The notes: generated from the sequence alone by a model not told the origin. Positions 29,222-41,802 are shown, numbered from the whole stretch's first letter. The stretch: DNA of 63,671 nucleotides, filler included, from Octopus bimaculoides (GCF_001194135.2; 5 parts of 5 records of this genome joined end to end with filler, not necessarily neighbours in it), one strand, 5' to 3'. Numbers and translations: made by a program.

Positions 29222-29704
29222 AAAACAAAGTATGGAGGTTTATTCAATGCATCTTGTACATATTTCATTAAGAACAATATTTGTTATAAAAGAAAATACC
29301 TTATGAACAGATACAAATAGATAAAATGGCTCAACCGGGAATCGAACACGCACTGCAGACTAGTCTCCTTGGAGAGGATCACCGCTTGGTATACAGAAGT
29401 TATGACCCTGTGACACAAAAAACAAGAAGCCTTAACGAACGGACAATTATAGCGGTCATTGCTTATCTAAATCTTTGTTTATGTATATCTTTTATTGCAA
29501 ATATTTATAAATATATAATCGTATTAGGATTATCTTACAAAAACTATTTATCATGTATGAATGCGCGCGCGCGAAATTGCAGAATGTTAACGCGTCGAAC
29601 AAAATGCGTAGCAGCATTTTTTCCAACTCATTGCGTCCCGAATTCAAATTCTGCCGAGTTTGATTCTGCTTATCAACCTTTTGAGATCGATAAAATAAGT
29701 GCTT

Positions 29705-30000
29705 GTTGCGCGCAGGGAGCGACGATGTAAGCGAGGAAACTGTGCCCACGAATTCTTGTGCCGAGACCGAGAAATGCGGTTCTGTAATTGAATGTTCATG
29801 CTACACATTAGCTCAGTGCCCTCCATCAAATCACCATCGTCTGCATAGGAGCAGTGTGCCACACATCAGATGTCCAAGTGATCGCAGAGAGACGTGAAAT
29901 GAAGTACTTTGCCCAAGGACACAACGCAACGCTCGGTTCAGGAATCGAAATCGCAATCTCACGATTTTGAGTGCAACACCCTAACCACTAGGCCCCGCAC
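29705..30000 (-). mobile_element. tRNA-derived SINE family C
   Basis: Reverse complement of the CTAGTGGTTAGGGTGTTGCACTC...TTCGATTCC...GCGTTGTGTCCTTG head; related to 40439 and 55165. Confidence 0.7.
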
Positions 30001-31819
30001 CCCCATTAGAAACCATTGTTGTTGTTGTTCTTTTTCTTCTTGAAATGCTTCAAATTCCGCCGAGCTCAATTTTGCCTTTCATCCTTTTGGGGTCGATAAA
30101 TTAAGTACCAGTGAAACACGGGGTCGATGTTATCGACTGGTCCTCTCCGCCAAAATTTCATGCTTTGCGCTTTTAGTTGAAAGGATTATCATCCTCATCA
30201 TCATCATCATCGTCGTCGTCGTCGTCATCTTACAATTGTTATATTTATAGTTTGCGAAATGTCTGCTTAGTGGAAACTGTTAATAGTGCCATTTTCAAAG
30301 TGAACTTTTGAATTCTATGGTGATATATTCCCCGTTACGTTAGTTTTACAACTCTCACCTGGAATTTCAATGTTAAATAGTTTCTAGAATATAATTGAGC
30401 TAGAATACGGCAAAAGTCGGGGATGTCATGTCCTAAATTGGAAGAGTGAGTGAAAGAGTCTTTCGTGTGATATGGTATTTATTGAGTTCATACAAAGCTA
30501 CCTCAGCATTAGAGGCACACAGGCAAAGCGATGTATTGGTGCCCCTACAAACACAGCATATATCAATTAGTATTAGATTCCTAAGTCCATGTGGCACTCG
30601 GGCAACTGTCCCTTGTACCTATGCCTTAAGATGGCATTGGGTACAGAGACAAGGGTCAATGTAGTGCGTGTAATTAATATTCTTTAATTAAACATGCTGC
30701 TTTTGGTTACAAGTATGATTATATTTAAGACTGTTGCATCCCATTAGTTCTTTCATGCAAATCATTGGACTGTGACGAATGAGGTCAAGTTTCTGTTTTC
30801 ACAAACCGGTTTACAAAGAGAAAATGTTCCAGGGAGACAGTCTCGAATCGTGTTTCCTTGGAGATCAGAAAATGGCAAATACAGATTCTAAATAATGGAT
30901 GATAGTATCGATCGATGCCAAAGGGAATCCTGAGAAGTCATCGACCAACACTAATATTTTGTTTTATTGGATGACCATAGGGTCCAGAGAGAGACTTTTT
31001 CGTATGATCTCACAGCTTGTGTTAGTCGACCGGGCAAAAGTTTATAAAATGTAGTTTTATTCTTTACAAATATAGAATTGTTGATAATATTGGTTTCATA
31101 TTTTGGCACAAAGCCGGCAATTTCGGGGAAAGGGCTAAGTCGATTACATCGACCCCAGTACTCAACTGGTACTTATTTTATCGACCGCGGCGTAATTTGA
31201 AAGACGTCATAATGTTAAGCATTTTGTCCGGTGCAGTAACGATTCTGCTAGCTCACCGTCATTATAAATTGATGATTATATTGAATATCTCTGTTACAGA
31301 AAACGGTGTATTATGTGAATTTTGTCCTGTTTTCATGAAGTGGTCTGGAGGAACGGGTACTGCTCGCAACCATCTCCGGTTCATCGATGTGATTATGTTC
31401 TAAAACAAATACATAGACACGAAGAGGATCCCAGAGTGATGACATTCTAGGAAAGATGGATTGGATATAGTGGTTAGTCTGCAGCCTGCGAATGGATAAA
31501 CACAATATGGATAAGTGCCAGGAGGAGAGATAATTTTTGTTACTTTGAGTTGGCATAATTGATCATATCACTAGTGTAGATAATTCCTAATCTGCTCCAA
31601 TGGGATGAAGCATCAGCTGCCTTTTCTTCCCGGTCTATGAGAGATTATCGTCAAGGAAGTCAGCTAATTCTTAACCCTACTGAGTGGATTTATCATTTGT
31701 TATTTTAAGTTCACTTGATGTTAAGTAATATGAATTCAACTGAACACAGCCTAGTGGCAATCGTGAAAGACCACGGGATGTCATAGACGCAGTCTTCGAA
31801 TAGATTCTATGATAGGAAG

Positions 31820-31890
31820 AACATAAGAGAGGAAGAACATAAGAGAGGAAGAACATAAGAGAGGAAGAACATAAGAGAGGAAGAACATAA
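31820..31890. repeat. 16-bp tandem repeat (GAAGAACATAAGAGAG), about 4 copies
   Basis: Directly visible. Confidence 0.95.
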
Positions 31891-32213
31891 TGATTTCTTT
31901 CAGATAGATATCAAAAACGAAAAGCTGGGGGTGGGGGACATCAATTCCGATACATTTATCTCTCAATAGTTTGCGATATGCCTGAAGAAGCGTTTCTTCG
32001 ATAGCTTCTGATATTCAGTGAACTCTGGAAAATATGAACGAGTATCTGTAAGAATTTTGGGAATAAGACACAAGATATATTTTGCATAACATGGAAATAA
32101 ATTAATGTGACGATTAAGCGAAGTAAAGCCTGACGCGTTGGAATGCATTATTAGGGTCTCATATTTTGGTGAGGGGGGGGGTCTATAATGAAACCAAGCA
32201 AACACTTCTTTAA

Positions 32214-32426
32214 CCCTTTAGCATTCAGATTCCTCTGTCAAATGTCATGATTATTTATTCACATTCTTTTGAATCAATCATGGATTATCTCGTAGCTTCG
32301 AGATTTCGATGGTGTGGTTGCTTACTTTTAGAATAACACTGTTGCGCAGGTGTAAGAGGCTAGATCTGGCTAATCTGAACATAAAGTCGGTTTAGGCTGG
32401 ATATGGCCGGTTTAAATGCTAAAAGG
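32214..32426. mobile_element. piggyBac-type MITE
   Basis: TTAA on both sides; termini CCCTTTAGCATT / AATGCTAAAAGG. Confidence 0.85.
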
Positions 32427-32457
32427 TTAAGCTTTTATGTTATGAAACTGCAAACCA

Positions 32458-32500
<43 letters not shown>

Positions 32501-33149
32501 CGTTTTATGAAATTGGGCAAACTCTCATCCCCCTTATTTGCTTCGTGTCTTTTCGCAAATGACATCATTATCGATGCAGGCGTAAGTCTTTTCTTCATTC
32601 GTTTGCACATAGGAATGGTGCTGATTTACTCAAAGAGAAATCTGGGGAGATCATGGAGTTATCCTTGGGTATCAAACAGTTTTAGCTGGTATTCCGAAGC
32701 AGAAAAGAATGTAGTGAATCCTGACGATTCACAAGGTCATCAATAAAGAAATTAGGTCTTCGAACAGCATTTGAAAGAAGACTATCAATCGGTAGCATAG
32801 AAAATACATTGATCGCCTCAGTGTATTATTAATTGTTTTTGAATAATCGATAACTAACCGTGGGTTTGATTTTTCGTTAGCAACAAAACATTGATTGCGC
32901 CATGGCTTCTGCTCTCTTCAATAATTCTTTTGTCAAGAAGTTTATTCATTTATCAATTTCTTGTTTGTTAAGTTTGTGTGGTTTGCGTGTTACAGGTTTA
33001 ATCTTATGTCGCCACCCGAGATTAAGAGTACAGCTTTTACATCAGGCACAGCAACCTTTTTTGAAAAGGGGGCCGCATGAGACATGACTCATCATCAGCC
33101 GGTCGCACAACTACTAAAAAAAAAAAAAAATTCAAGGTAATTTTTCGTT

Positions 33150-34060
33150 AGTATGGCATTCAGAAACTCCTGCAGGCTGCAATTTTTCCATGACTGTTTT
33201 GCATTCATAATGAGACATAATGAGAAAGCTACACGGCTCCCTTTTAATTCCACAAAATCACTTTCTAATAAGGGCGAGAAATTCCCTCCAAATTTTAAAT
33301 TAACTTCTTCATTGCAATGCAGGATACTGCTTCCAATAAATAGAAGAGATATGAGGGACAGATGCTGGAAAGGTCTCATAAAGTTCTTTAAAGTATTCGA
33401 GCAAAAATAACATTAGGAACCAACCTATCCATAGTAAGATACTTCAAGGTAACATTAACCTGAATACTAGGAGAAGCGAACGAAATACCATTATCTATAT
33501 AATCAGAAACTAAAACCACCCACTATAGTGGCAATATAAAAAATTTCGTCTGACAAAGAAATAATTTCCCAAGAAGCACCGTTCCACAACGAAGCCCTAA
33601 AAGCGAGTAGTTTCAATGAGAAATTGCAATGCTTACATAAGACACCATAAATAAACTATAAATAAATTTCAGAAAAAGAAAAATGTCGTCTGGTTCAACG
33701 CAATATTCAGCCTTAATATGGCAACGAATGTAGTACACCCTTCTTTTACATTAGATAGCAAACATTTCTGAACAGGCTATTCAGCAGAAACAACATTGAA
33801 ATTAGCTACAGCTGCACAAAATATAAAACACATTATACATTAATTAAGCAACAACATATCAAAGCGCATGCGACACACAGTCGAAACCTTATGCGACTTT
33901 ACCAGAGCAAGGACATGTCCATTACAAGCAAGCATAGTCTATAAAGCAACAGTATCACAAATTGGACAAACCAAAAAGTAGCGTCACTAGAGGAACCTTC
34001 AAAGACACACGTGCACGCTTGCGTACATTCCTGAACCTATCCAGAAGACAGGAGGTGAAA
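33150..34060 (+). mobile_element. Penelope-like element remnant (RT C-terminus to GIY-YIG)
   Basis: KITLGTNL.IV.YF.VTL.LNT, KK.NVVWFN..FSLN.ATNV, IEISYSC and SIVYKATV motifs in order. Confidence 0.8.
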
Positions 34061-34995
34061 GAACGTAACAGCAAACATAAAATGTGAAATAATAAACTGC
34101 ACATCATCATATATAAATTGTTCTGAAATGTATCTGCCTTGTATGCATCACAGAAAAATAGCATATAATCACACAAGAGAGATGACATAATTTCATATTG
34201 AAATAAAAAACACACCAAAATAAAAGTATTTTGAAAACACACACACAAAAGAGTGTCAACTCCAAACAGGATAAGATATGTACTATGACAGCTCCCCTCC
34301 ACACACTCGCACACATACACTCACGTACATACCTAAAAACCTACAATTCAAGCAACACATGATCTGCAATGAATGACAATCTCATAATACACACATTAAC
34401 AAGAACATCAATTCAAGATGCTATACACACACACACATGCGCGCAAAAAACAACAAATACTCCAAATACTTGCTCCCATTAAAATAAAATCGATACTTTG
34501 TGAGTGTCACAAAATCACTCAGCCATGAAATATCGTTTACGTTAGAGTCATCCTGAAATAATTGTAGTTAAACTCACAAACATCTAATTCTCTCTCTTCT
34601 CTTTTTCCTTACAACTAGATTTGTTTTTCTTTCTAATCTCTCTTCCATCTATCTCTATGACCCCTGATTAATAACTAGATACAAACGCTCCAGCCAATGC
34701 AAATTTTTGTAATATTTGGTTCTTTGTCTGAAGAATTTCTAATAGGTGGGAGATATCTTACATGTTTATCCAAAATGTACAACTTTGTGATTCCTATTAG
34801 AAAATGAAACATATGTAATGGTGAAGAGATAATAACAAATAAAATTTCCAACTTCTTGTTTTGTTATGTATATATACACACAATATATATTTAACTTTTA
34901 TATCGCCTTATTTTCCAGGAAAAGCTTGATGCATTGGTGAATAGTCAACGGCGTTGGAGAGCATGAAGATTAAAGTTGTAGTTGAGAAAAAGTTA

Positions 34996-35173
34996 GCTGC
35001 CCGGACGACGGCCGGAGAAAGGCGTGAGAAAGCCTACCGAGCAACGACAGCGGCCGTTCTCGGGCCAGTGTTTCCAATGTCAGGGGTCGCACATGGCGAG
35101 GGAATGCACCGAATCGGGGCCCGTCTGCTATCGATGCAGGAAGACGGGGCACATCGCCCGTGATTGCGGCCAG
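34996..35173 (+). mobile_element. LTR retrotransposon gag fragment with two zinc knuckles
   Basis: CFQCQGSHMAREC and CYRCRKTGHIARDC; GC-rich; cut by a tagged gap. Confidence 0.85.
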
Positions 35174-35217
35174 NNNNNNNNNNNNNNNNNNNNNNNNNNN
35201 NNNNNNNNNNNNNNNNN

Positions 35218-35229
35218 TTAATTAATTAA
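35218..35229. other. Artificial assembly spacer
   Basis: TTAATTAATTAA centred in a 100-bp gap. Confidence 0.95.
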
Positions 35230-35950
35230 NNNNNNNNNNNNNNNNNNNNNNNNNNNNNNNNNNNNNNNNNNNNCCACCACCACCACCACCACCGCCACCG
35301 CCATCACGACCATGATCAAGATCTTCGTCGTCGTCATCATCATCATCATTATTATTATCATAATCTCCCACAATTTTAATATATCGAGTCAATGAGAAAT
35401 CTCTGTCCTCGTTCTATTCATTCGCAACATCAGAGCTCCGTTATCAGAGCTGCGTTCTTGTTGCTTGTTTTTTGTGCAAGTGTGTGCGTCAGTGTGCCTG
35501 TGTATACACTATGTATGTATGTATGTATGTATGTATGTATGTATGTATGTATGTATGTATGTATGTATGTATGCATGCATGTATGTATGTATTCTGCATA
35601 TTCATGTTTGTGTGTTCATGTTTGTGTGCTTGTATGTGTGTGTATGTTTGTATGTATGTGTGTGTGAGTATTTGTGTGTGTTCCTGTATCTCCTTGTATG
35701 TGCATGTTTGAGTGTGTCTATATGTATGGGTTTGTGTGACTATGTAAGTGCATCTGTTATGTATGGATGTGTGTCTCTATATGTGTCCTTGTGTGTCTGT
35801 GAAGTGTGCGTGTGTGTATATGGTCATGTGTTTCAGTCTTCATTCGAGCTAAACATTTGAATGTAGTATTCCAGCATGTCCACAATTAAATTAAAAAATC
35901 AAAATAAAATGAAATAAAACATATATAAACACACATATATTTATACATAC

Positions 35951-36045
35951 ATCAGCTTTCGCATCGATAATTTCAGTCTTTGCACAACCTGCTTGATCAA
36001 AATTCTCCCATTGGCCATCTTTGTTGCATTGTCTTGTAACACTTC
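35951..36045 (-). CDS. Adhesion-GPCR-like gene, exon E: HormR domain C-half
   Basis: ttag|GA...GAT|gtatgt, phase 1-0, 95 nt: (G)SVTRQCNKDGQWENFDQAGCAKTEIIDAKAD, matching the G..TRxC..DG.W...D...C HormR signature. Confidence 0.9.
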
Positions 36046-37457
36046 CTAATATTTTGTTGAAAAAGAAAACAATGAATTAGAAGGTTACTTTACTAGTTAC
36101 TGTTGTTATTACTGGCAATAATAGTACAACTTTGCTTGAGTTAAATGCCAAACAAAAATATTTAAAATAATATTTTTATGGTTAAGTTAAAGAAGAAAGG
36201 ATAGTATCAATGGGAGAAAGAAATCATGAATCAAGGGTTGTTGATGTAGAAAGCAGCGAATCAAAATCCTAAAGGTATCTTCAAACCGGAAACCTGGGTC
36301 GAAAGCTTGCATCAGAATAGATTTCACAGTGGCATTCAGGAGTTTTGATGAGGTGAGTGAAAAAGGTGGTGCTAACCTGCCGAAAGTTTGTTGGAGCTGA
36401 AGGTAACCTCGAGATATTGTTTAATTTTGTCACCCTTTCTTCCTACCTCCACTGGTTGGTTAAATCGACTATGTCACCCTTTCCTACTACATGGGGAATT
36501 GTGCAGGTACGATAAATTAATATAAAGTTCAGTGATAGCAAAAAGTAGTAAATACTTGAATGTCAGTAACGATGGCAACATGAGTAACAACGGCAACAAC
36601 ATCAAGTGCTGTTACTTTGCTTCTGTTTTACCCGAATGTTAAACAGATTAAACATATATTGCTGTGTTCAAATCTAGCTGTTTCCTGATTGAGAACTATC
36701 ATCAGAGGTTATCTTATCAATCGTATTGTGCTTGCATATCTGGTTTCATCGCTCGCATTTATCAACAATGTCAGAAAAATAGTACAAGTAAAACAAATTT
36801 ATGTAACTTGGTAGATAAGAGCCTTGATCCCCTCTATACAATAGCTCAAGAGTTAACTATACATAGACATATACACCTAATGACACAAGGATCATAAACT
36901 ATTTAAAACTTTGCATTAAAAAATGAAGAGAATAATGAGATCTTGAACTTAAAAGTTTAATTTAGTTTTTAGTACTCATTTAAATGAAATTTAAAAGAGT
37001 ACCAAAATGGAAGTGATTAATAATAGTTTCGAATTTTGGCACAAGGCCAGCAATTTCGGGGGAGTGGGTAAGATGATTATATCGATCGCAGTGTTCAACT
37101 GGTACTTATTTCATCAAAAGGACCAAAGGCAAAATGTTTTTGGAATTGTTCCTTTAAATAATATATAGAAATCTCACGTACTACAAGAGACTACCATAAT
37201 ATATGACGGTTGTCTCTCGTCGTCCGAGAATGACGGTTCAGCAATTTCTTGTTTAACAACTTGCACAGATGGTTTGTTTATAATGATCAAATGTTTGTAC
37301 TGTACACTAGCTCACTCCTTCCATCAATTCGACGCTAATCGAACAGGCACACAGTGTTCCATACGTTCGGTGTCGAATTGAGTGCAGAGCAACATGAGAT
37401 GAAGTGTTTGCTCTAAAGTTCGCTTCTGCCTAAACATTGCTTGGCGCTAAAACTCCC

Positions 37458-37503
<46 letters not shown>

Positions 37504-37527
37504 GCATACATACATATATATATATAC

Positions 37528-37558
<31 letters not shown>

Positions 37559-37997
37559 TGTATGTATGTATGTATGTGTGCGTGTGTGTGTGTATTAAGC
37601 AAAATCATATTCTCGTTCATGAACTTCGTTAATTGTCCAAATTATGATTTTGTGATTTTGTTTATCTTAAAATACTGTTGAACATGAAATCCCAGTTGTT
37701 TTATAAGCAGCTAAAGTTTGAGCTTTAGAAAATAGCCATTTTTTCGCTAAGTGTTTAGGCCTTGTTCAAACTGATATTGTTTAAAGATGAAAATTGAGTT
37801 GCGTTTTCAGTTCAGTGCTTTAAACAAAGCACATTTTATCTTTAAAGCTTTTTGGGCATGAAAATTTAACCATTTCATTTCAGCTAATATTATGGGCCTC
37901 ATAAAAAAGACCAATGTTCTTATCTGAACATTAAAGTTCAACTACATTTTTCAGTTGAAATTTTGGGCTTATAAAAATGATAAGTTTTTTTTTTTAC

Positions 37998-38096
37998 CTT
38001 CGAAACCTTCTGGACATGAAACCGTGGCATTCTTCTTAGAGAGTGTTTTGGGCCAAACGAGTTTTTCTGCAGTTTCTGCCTCACATGATTTTTCAC
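37998..38096 (-). CDS. Adhesion-GPCR-like gene, exon D: HormR domain N-half
   Basis: ttttcctag|GT...G|gtaaaa, phase 1-1, 99 nt: (G)EKSCEAETAEKLVWPKTLSKKNATVSCPEGFE, matching the C....W..T......CP.G signature. Confidence 0.92.
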
Positions 38097-39484
38097 CTAG
38101 GAAAACGAAATAGAATTTAGACATGAAAGGATTCTAAGATAAAATAAGCACCAAAATGAAGAAAAAAAAAAAAAAGAAAAAGAACATTCAGCAACCATAA
38201 AGGGGACAGAGAACATTCTTAGCTACAGATCAAATCTCAGAGTCAACATTTTTCTCGTATGTGATATCAGAGTTGAGAAAAGTGATAGAAGGTCTAGATA
38301 AAATGCATTAAAACATAAGAGTTATAATGCTGTCATCATTCAAATACTATCATAAAAGCTAAACTGTATGATTTGCAAAAACAATTAAGTGAATATGATC
38401 TGGACTATTTCGTCATATAGAGATACAATTCGAACTTGTGAGGAATAGATTTACCAAGTAATTGAAAAGTATTTCACCATGTACTAGAGAAAGCTATATG
38501 CATACTCCTTTATATCTGTAAATGAAAATACTACTTTTAATAATGTTTCAGCAACATAGTGGTATTAATGAAGATTTAGGATTTTGAAGAAAAATGTCAC
38601 CAGTACACATAGAACAAACATCCCCCTTTGAATTATAAAGACAGTAATTAAATAACATTGAATGAGACATATTTAAAAGTGATTGGGGATTCAAAATTCA
38701 GAGAAATCATAAAAAAACAAAAACAAATTGGTGCTTTTGTCAAATGGAATGTCAACATACGAAGGGAAAGGCGGAGCATAAAACATAGCACACTAACAAT
38801 TATGACTAAAGCCTGTGTTGCAGAGATATTGAGATATTGATAAACAAGTTTACATTGTTTCTAGATAGGAGGTCATGAGAACAACATCTTTACATTAGAA
38901 ACCACGACAGATAGACAGAGATTCTAGAAAATAAACACACACACACACTCTCTCTCTCTAACACACACTCTCTCTCTCACACACACTCTCTCTCTCACAC
39001 ACACTCTCCCTCTCACACACACTCTCTCTCTCACACACACTCTCTCTCTCACACACACAAACCAAACAAACAAGCAAACAAACAAAAAAACAAAAAAGAC
39101 ATCGGGGTATCAAAAACTATGAAAACATAACCCTACATAAGTTGCAAACATCTAAAAAACTGATCTTGCATAATGTATCCTGTAGCCCTACGGCGTTTAG
39201 AAAGTTTAGTGCCTAGTCTGGTTGCATGATATACACCATAAGATAAATACAACTCACTGTAGATTAAGCTTTAGTCTATCTCAAGTAGCTTTTCCTAAAA
39301 ATCTGGCTTTTATTTCCCATAGCTTGGGAAAAGGATAAACTTAAAGTTTACTCTCCTATTACGCGACAAAATCCTCAAAATATTCAAGATGTTTGAAGAT
39401 AAATGATTATTATTAGAAACACTCTGGCCGTTTAACCTGTTGATTACGTAAAAGACTTATGCAGGAAAAAAGTATATCACAAAC

Positions 39485-39583
39485 CTTTTGATGCGAACAC
39501 TGTAGTCTCTACGACGGAGCCTTGAAGAAAATTGTGTTTGGAGTAGCAAGAAATCTTGGTGTCAGATTTTATTGTAAATTCTC
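39485..39583 (-). CDS. Adhesion-GPCR-like gene, exon C: Ig2 C-half
   Basis: ttattttag|GA...G|gtttgt, phase 1-1, 99 nt: (G)EFTIKSDTKISCYSKHNFLQGSVVETTVFASK; supplies the second Ig cysteine and links exons B and D in frame. Confidence 0.82.
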
Positions 39584-40284
39584 CTAAAATAAGAATAAAT
39601 TAGAGATAGTTAATTGATAGGGTTCATTTTTTTGTTTGCTTGTTTGTTGCTGTTGTTGCCTATCTCCATGCTGGCTCTTAACAAGCACGTCTCTAATTAA
39701 AAGCTTTTTCGATGCAAACTTCCTGTCTTTTTTGTCATGACTGTATTGCCCAACGTGTTCTATTATTTTGAAGGTAGATGGATTTGATCCAGTGAAGATT
39801 AGCAGCAATTTCCCGTAGGTTGAGGATCCATGTACCAAATACCTTGATGGCCTTAAAAATTTTTGTTTTAGGTAATATACAATTCCTTTCACGAAGAGAG
39901 TAATGTAAGTTTGGCTTATACATGCTTAATATTGACCTTTTCTGAAAGGAAACACTCCCCTGTGATTTTGTTACTTGCCTTCAGACCAAACTATCATTTT
40001 ATCTCCTTTCCTCACTTTCACACAATGAAAGAATCCCGAAACTTTATTTCTATACTTCGCGAAACAAGTAGAATTTATCGATCTCTCCTATAAACCATAG
40101 TATATAAATTAATTCAAACTGACACATACTACCACCAGTTACCACTATTTTCTGATTTGCTATTTTACCTTGCTTTACCTTGAACAACACTTGATGGAGT
40201 CGCAGGGGCGTTTTTGCAACAATATGGTGTGTTGTGAGAATTTGTAAAGCTGGCGGCGCCTTGTCCTTCTAGTTCTCACTAAAA

Positions 40285-40370
40285 CTCAAGGACACAACGC
40301 GTCACCGGGAATAGAACTCACGACCTTATTATCGTGAGCCGAATGCCCTAGACACTAAGCCACGCGCCTT
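40285..40370 (-). mobile_element. SINE family C head (minus)
   Basis: Reverse complement of 40439-40549. Confidence 0.8.
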
Positions 40371-40396
40371 TACACACACACACACACATGTATAAT

Positions 40397-40428
<32 letters not shown>

Positions 40429-40438
40429 CGTGTGTGTG

Positions 40439-40591
40439 AAGGCGCGTGGCTTAGTGGTTATGGCATTCAGCTCACGATCGTGATTAGTAATTAGGGCATT
40501 CAGCTCAAGGTCGTGAGTTCAATTCCTAGTGACGCGTTGTATCCTTGAGAAAGACACTTTATTTCACGTTGTTCCAGTTCACTCAGCTGGC
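40439..40591 (+). mobile_element. SINE family C head (plus)
   Basis: GGCGCGTGGCTTAGTGG A-box-like and GAGTTCAATTCC B-box-like motifs; runs into a gap. Confidence 0.8.
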
Positions 40592-40839
40592 NNNNNNNNN
40601 NNNNNNNNNNNNNNNNNNNNNNNNNNNNNNNNNNNNNNNNNNNNNNNNNNNNNNNNNNNNNNNNNNNNNNNNNNNNNNNNNNNNNNNNNNNAAGTGACCT
40701 GATCTGAGATCGTGTGCTGGAACGAAAACAATTGCAGCGTATATATATAGCTGTCCAAATAAATAAACTTTCTTCTATAATTTTTTCCCATACTGACTGC
40801 TACTACATTCACTTAACCCTATTTGTTATGGATTCTTAC

Positions 40840-41067
40840 CGTTGTAGCTTGATCTGTTTTCGCCAGGTTTTATGCTCTCTGTATTTGGGAAAGATACATA
40901 AACATCAGCATTCTTAACACTACTTCTACAGCTGTATGCTACCTGGCTATCGATATCTGCAACTTGAGCTGAAGCTATTGTCACCCGAGGGATCGTTGAG
41001 ACAGAAAAGTCAATCCGTTTTTTAGCAATTCTCAAGATTTCGAAATAGGCTTCACAAGTAACAAATC
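40840..41067 (-). CDS. Adhesion-GPCR-like gene, exon B: Ig1 C-half and Ig2 N-half
   Basis: ttttgcag|GA...G|gtaaga, phase 1-1, 228 nt: (G)FVTCEAYFEILRIAKKRIDFSVSTIPRVTIASAQVADIDSQVAYSCRSSVKNADVYVSFPNTESIKPGENRSSYN. Splicing to exon A forms DKGFVTC, the Ig D-x-G-x-x-x-C motif. Confidence 0.9.
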
Positions 41068-41232
41068 CTGCAAAATATATAAAAAAAGACGAATGTTATG
41101 TAGTGTATATATATATATAATAATAATAATATAGATTTAATCAAAAGATTAAATGTGGTACTTAAAATGTTTGAGGCACCAGAATTTGGTAGGGTAAAAA
41201 CCAAAACAAAATCAAGAGATTTGGTGAATAAA

Positions 41233-41802
41233 ATTTGAAGAAAAGCAACAAAAATTCATTAGGTTATAGCAGTACGTACGTTTCGTACAAACTTCATTTA
41301 TTTATGTAGTGAGAACACCACATAAGATGTGCAATGAAAATGTACTCCTCAGCTGCATAATGGAAGTTCATTTTAGAAAGTCATTTTGTAGATGTGTGCA
41401 AATACAAGAGTAGGAGATGAAGAANNNNNNNNNNNNNNNNNNNNNNNNNNNNNNNNNNNNNNNNNNNNNNNNNNNNNNNNNNNNNNNNNNNNNNNNNNNN
41501 NNNNNNNNNNNNAACAGTCTAGTGAATCAAACATGAATTTAATTTCTATATATTCTAATTCATGTTTGATTCACTAGACTGTTGATTAACAGCCCAGTCA
41601 AGATGGTATTTTCTTCATCTCCTACTCTTGTATTTGCACACATCTACAAAATGACTTTCTAAAATGAACTTCCATTATGCAGCTGAGGAGTACATTTTCA
41701 TTGCACATCTTATGTGGTGTTCTCACTACATAAATAAATGAAGTTTGTACGAAACGTACGTACTGCTATAACCTAATGAATTTTTGTTGCTTTTCTTCAA
41801 AT
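41233..41802. repeat. Perfect inverted repeat (192-bp arms) with an inner 27-bp hairpin
   Basis: 41233-41424 is the reverse complement of 41611-41802; 41513-41539 pairs with 41557-41583; N gap at 41425-41512. Confidence 0.95.

Larger units (their letters stand above)
30740..32900 (-). mobile_element. Degenerate Ty3/gypsy pol (RT-RNaseH-integrase) with nested insertions
   Basis: Minus strand, in the expected order: FFIDDLV (RT, about 32730), HRPGRK.AADA (RNase H end, about 31620), ILVLVDDFSGFP...LESVFAIF (integrase, about 30940). Confidence 0.65.

Noticed and set aside
29300-29410. Minus-strand segment with good splice sites and a GTTCGATTCCC B-box
   Set aside because: No complete tRNA cloverleaf and no recognisable peptide; probably a decayed tRNA-derived repeat.
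31300-31700. Plus-strand Penelope-like RT reading
   Set aside because: The minus strand gives gypsy RNase H motifs collinear with the neighbouring RT and integrase remnants, which is the better explanation.
34762-34793. 32-nt minus-strand exon candidate ESQSCTFWIN, resembling the C-x-F-W start of a GPS motif
   Set aside because: It lies across a tagged gap from the HormR exons, and no compatible exon with the rest of the GPS (W..GC...C.C.HL) was found. Worth re-testing with RNA-seq.
38230-39600. Plus-strand reading as an R2/RLE-type LINE remnant
   Set aside because: The most suggestive part (GALKKIVFG) is the antisense of exon C; the remainder is too degenerate to call.
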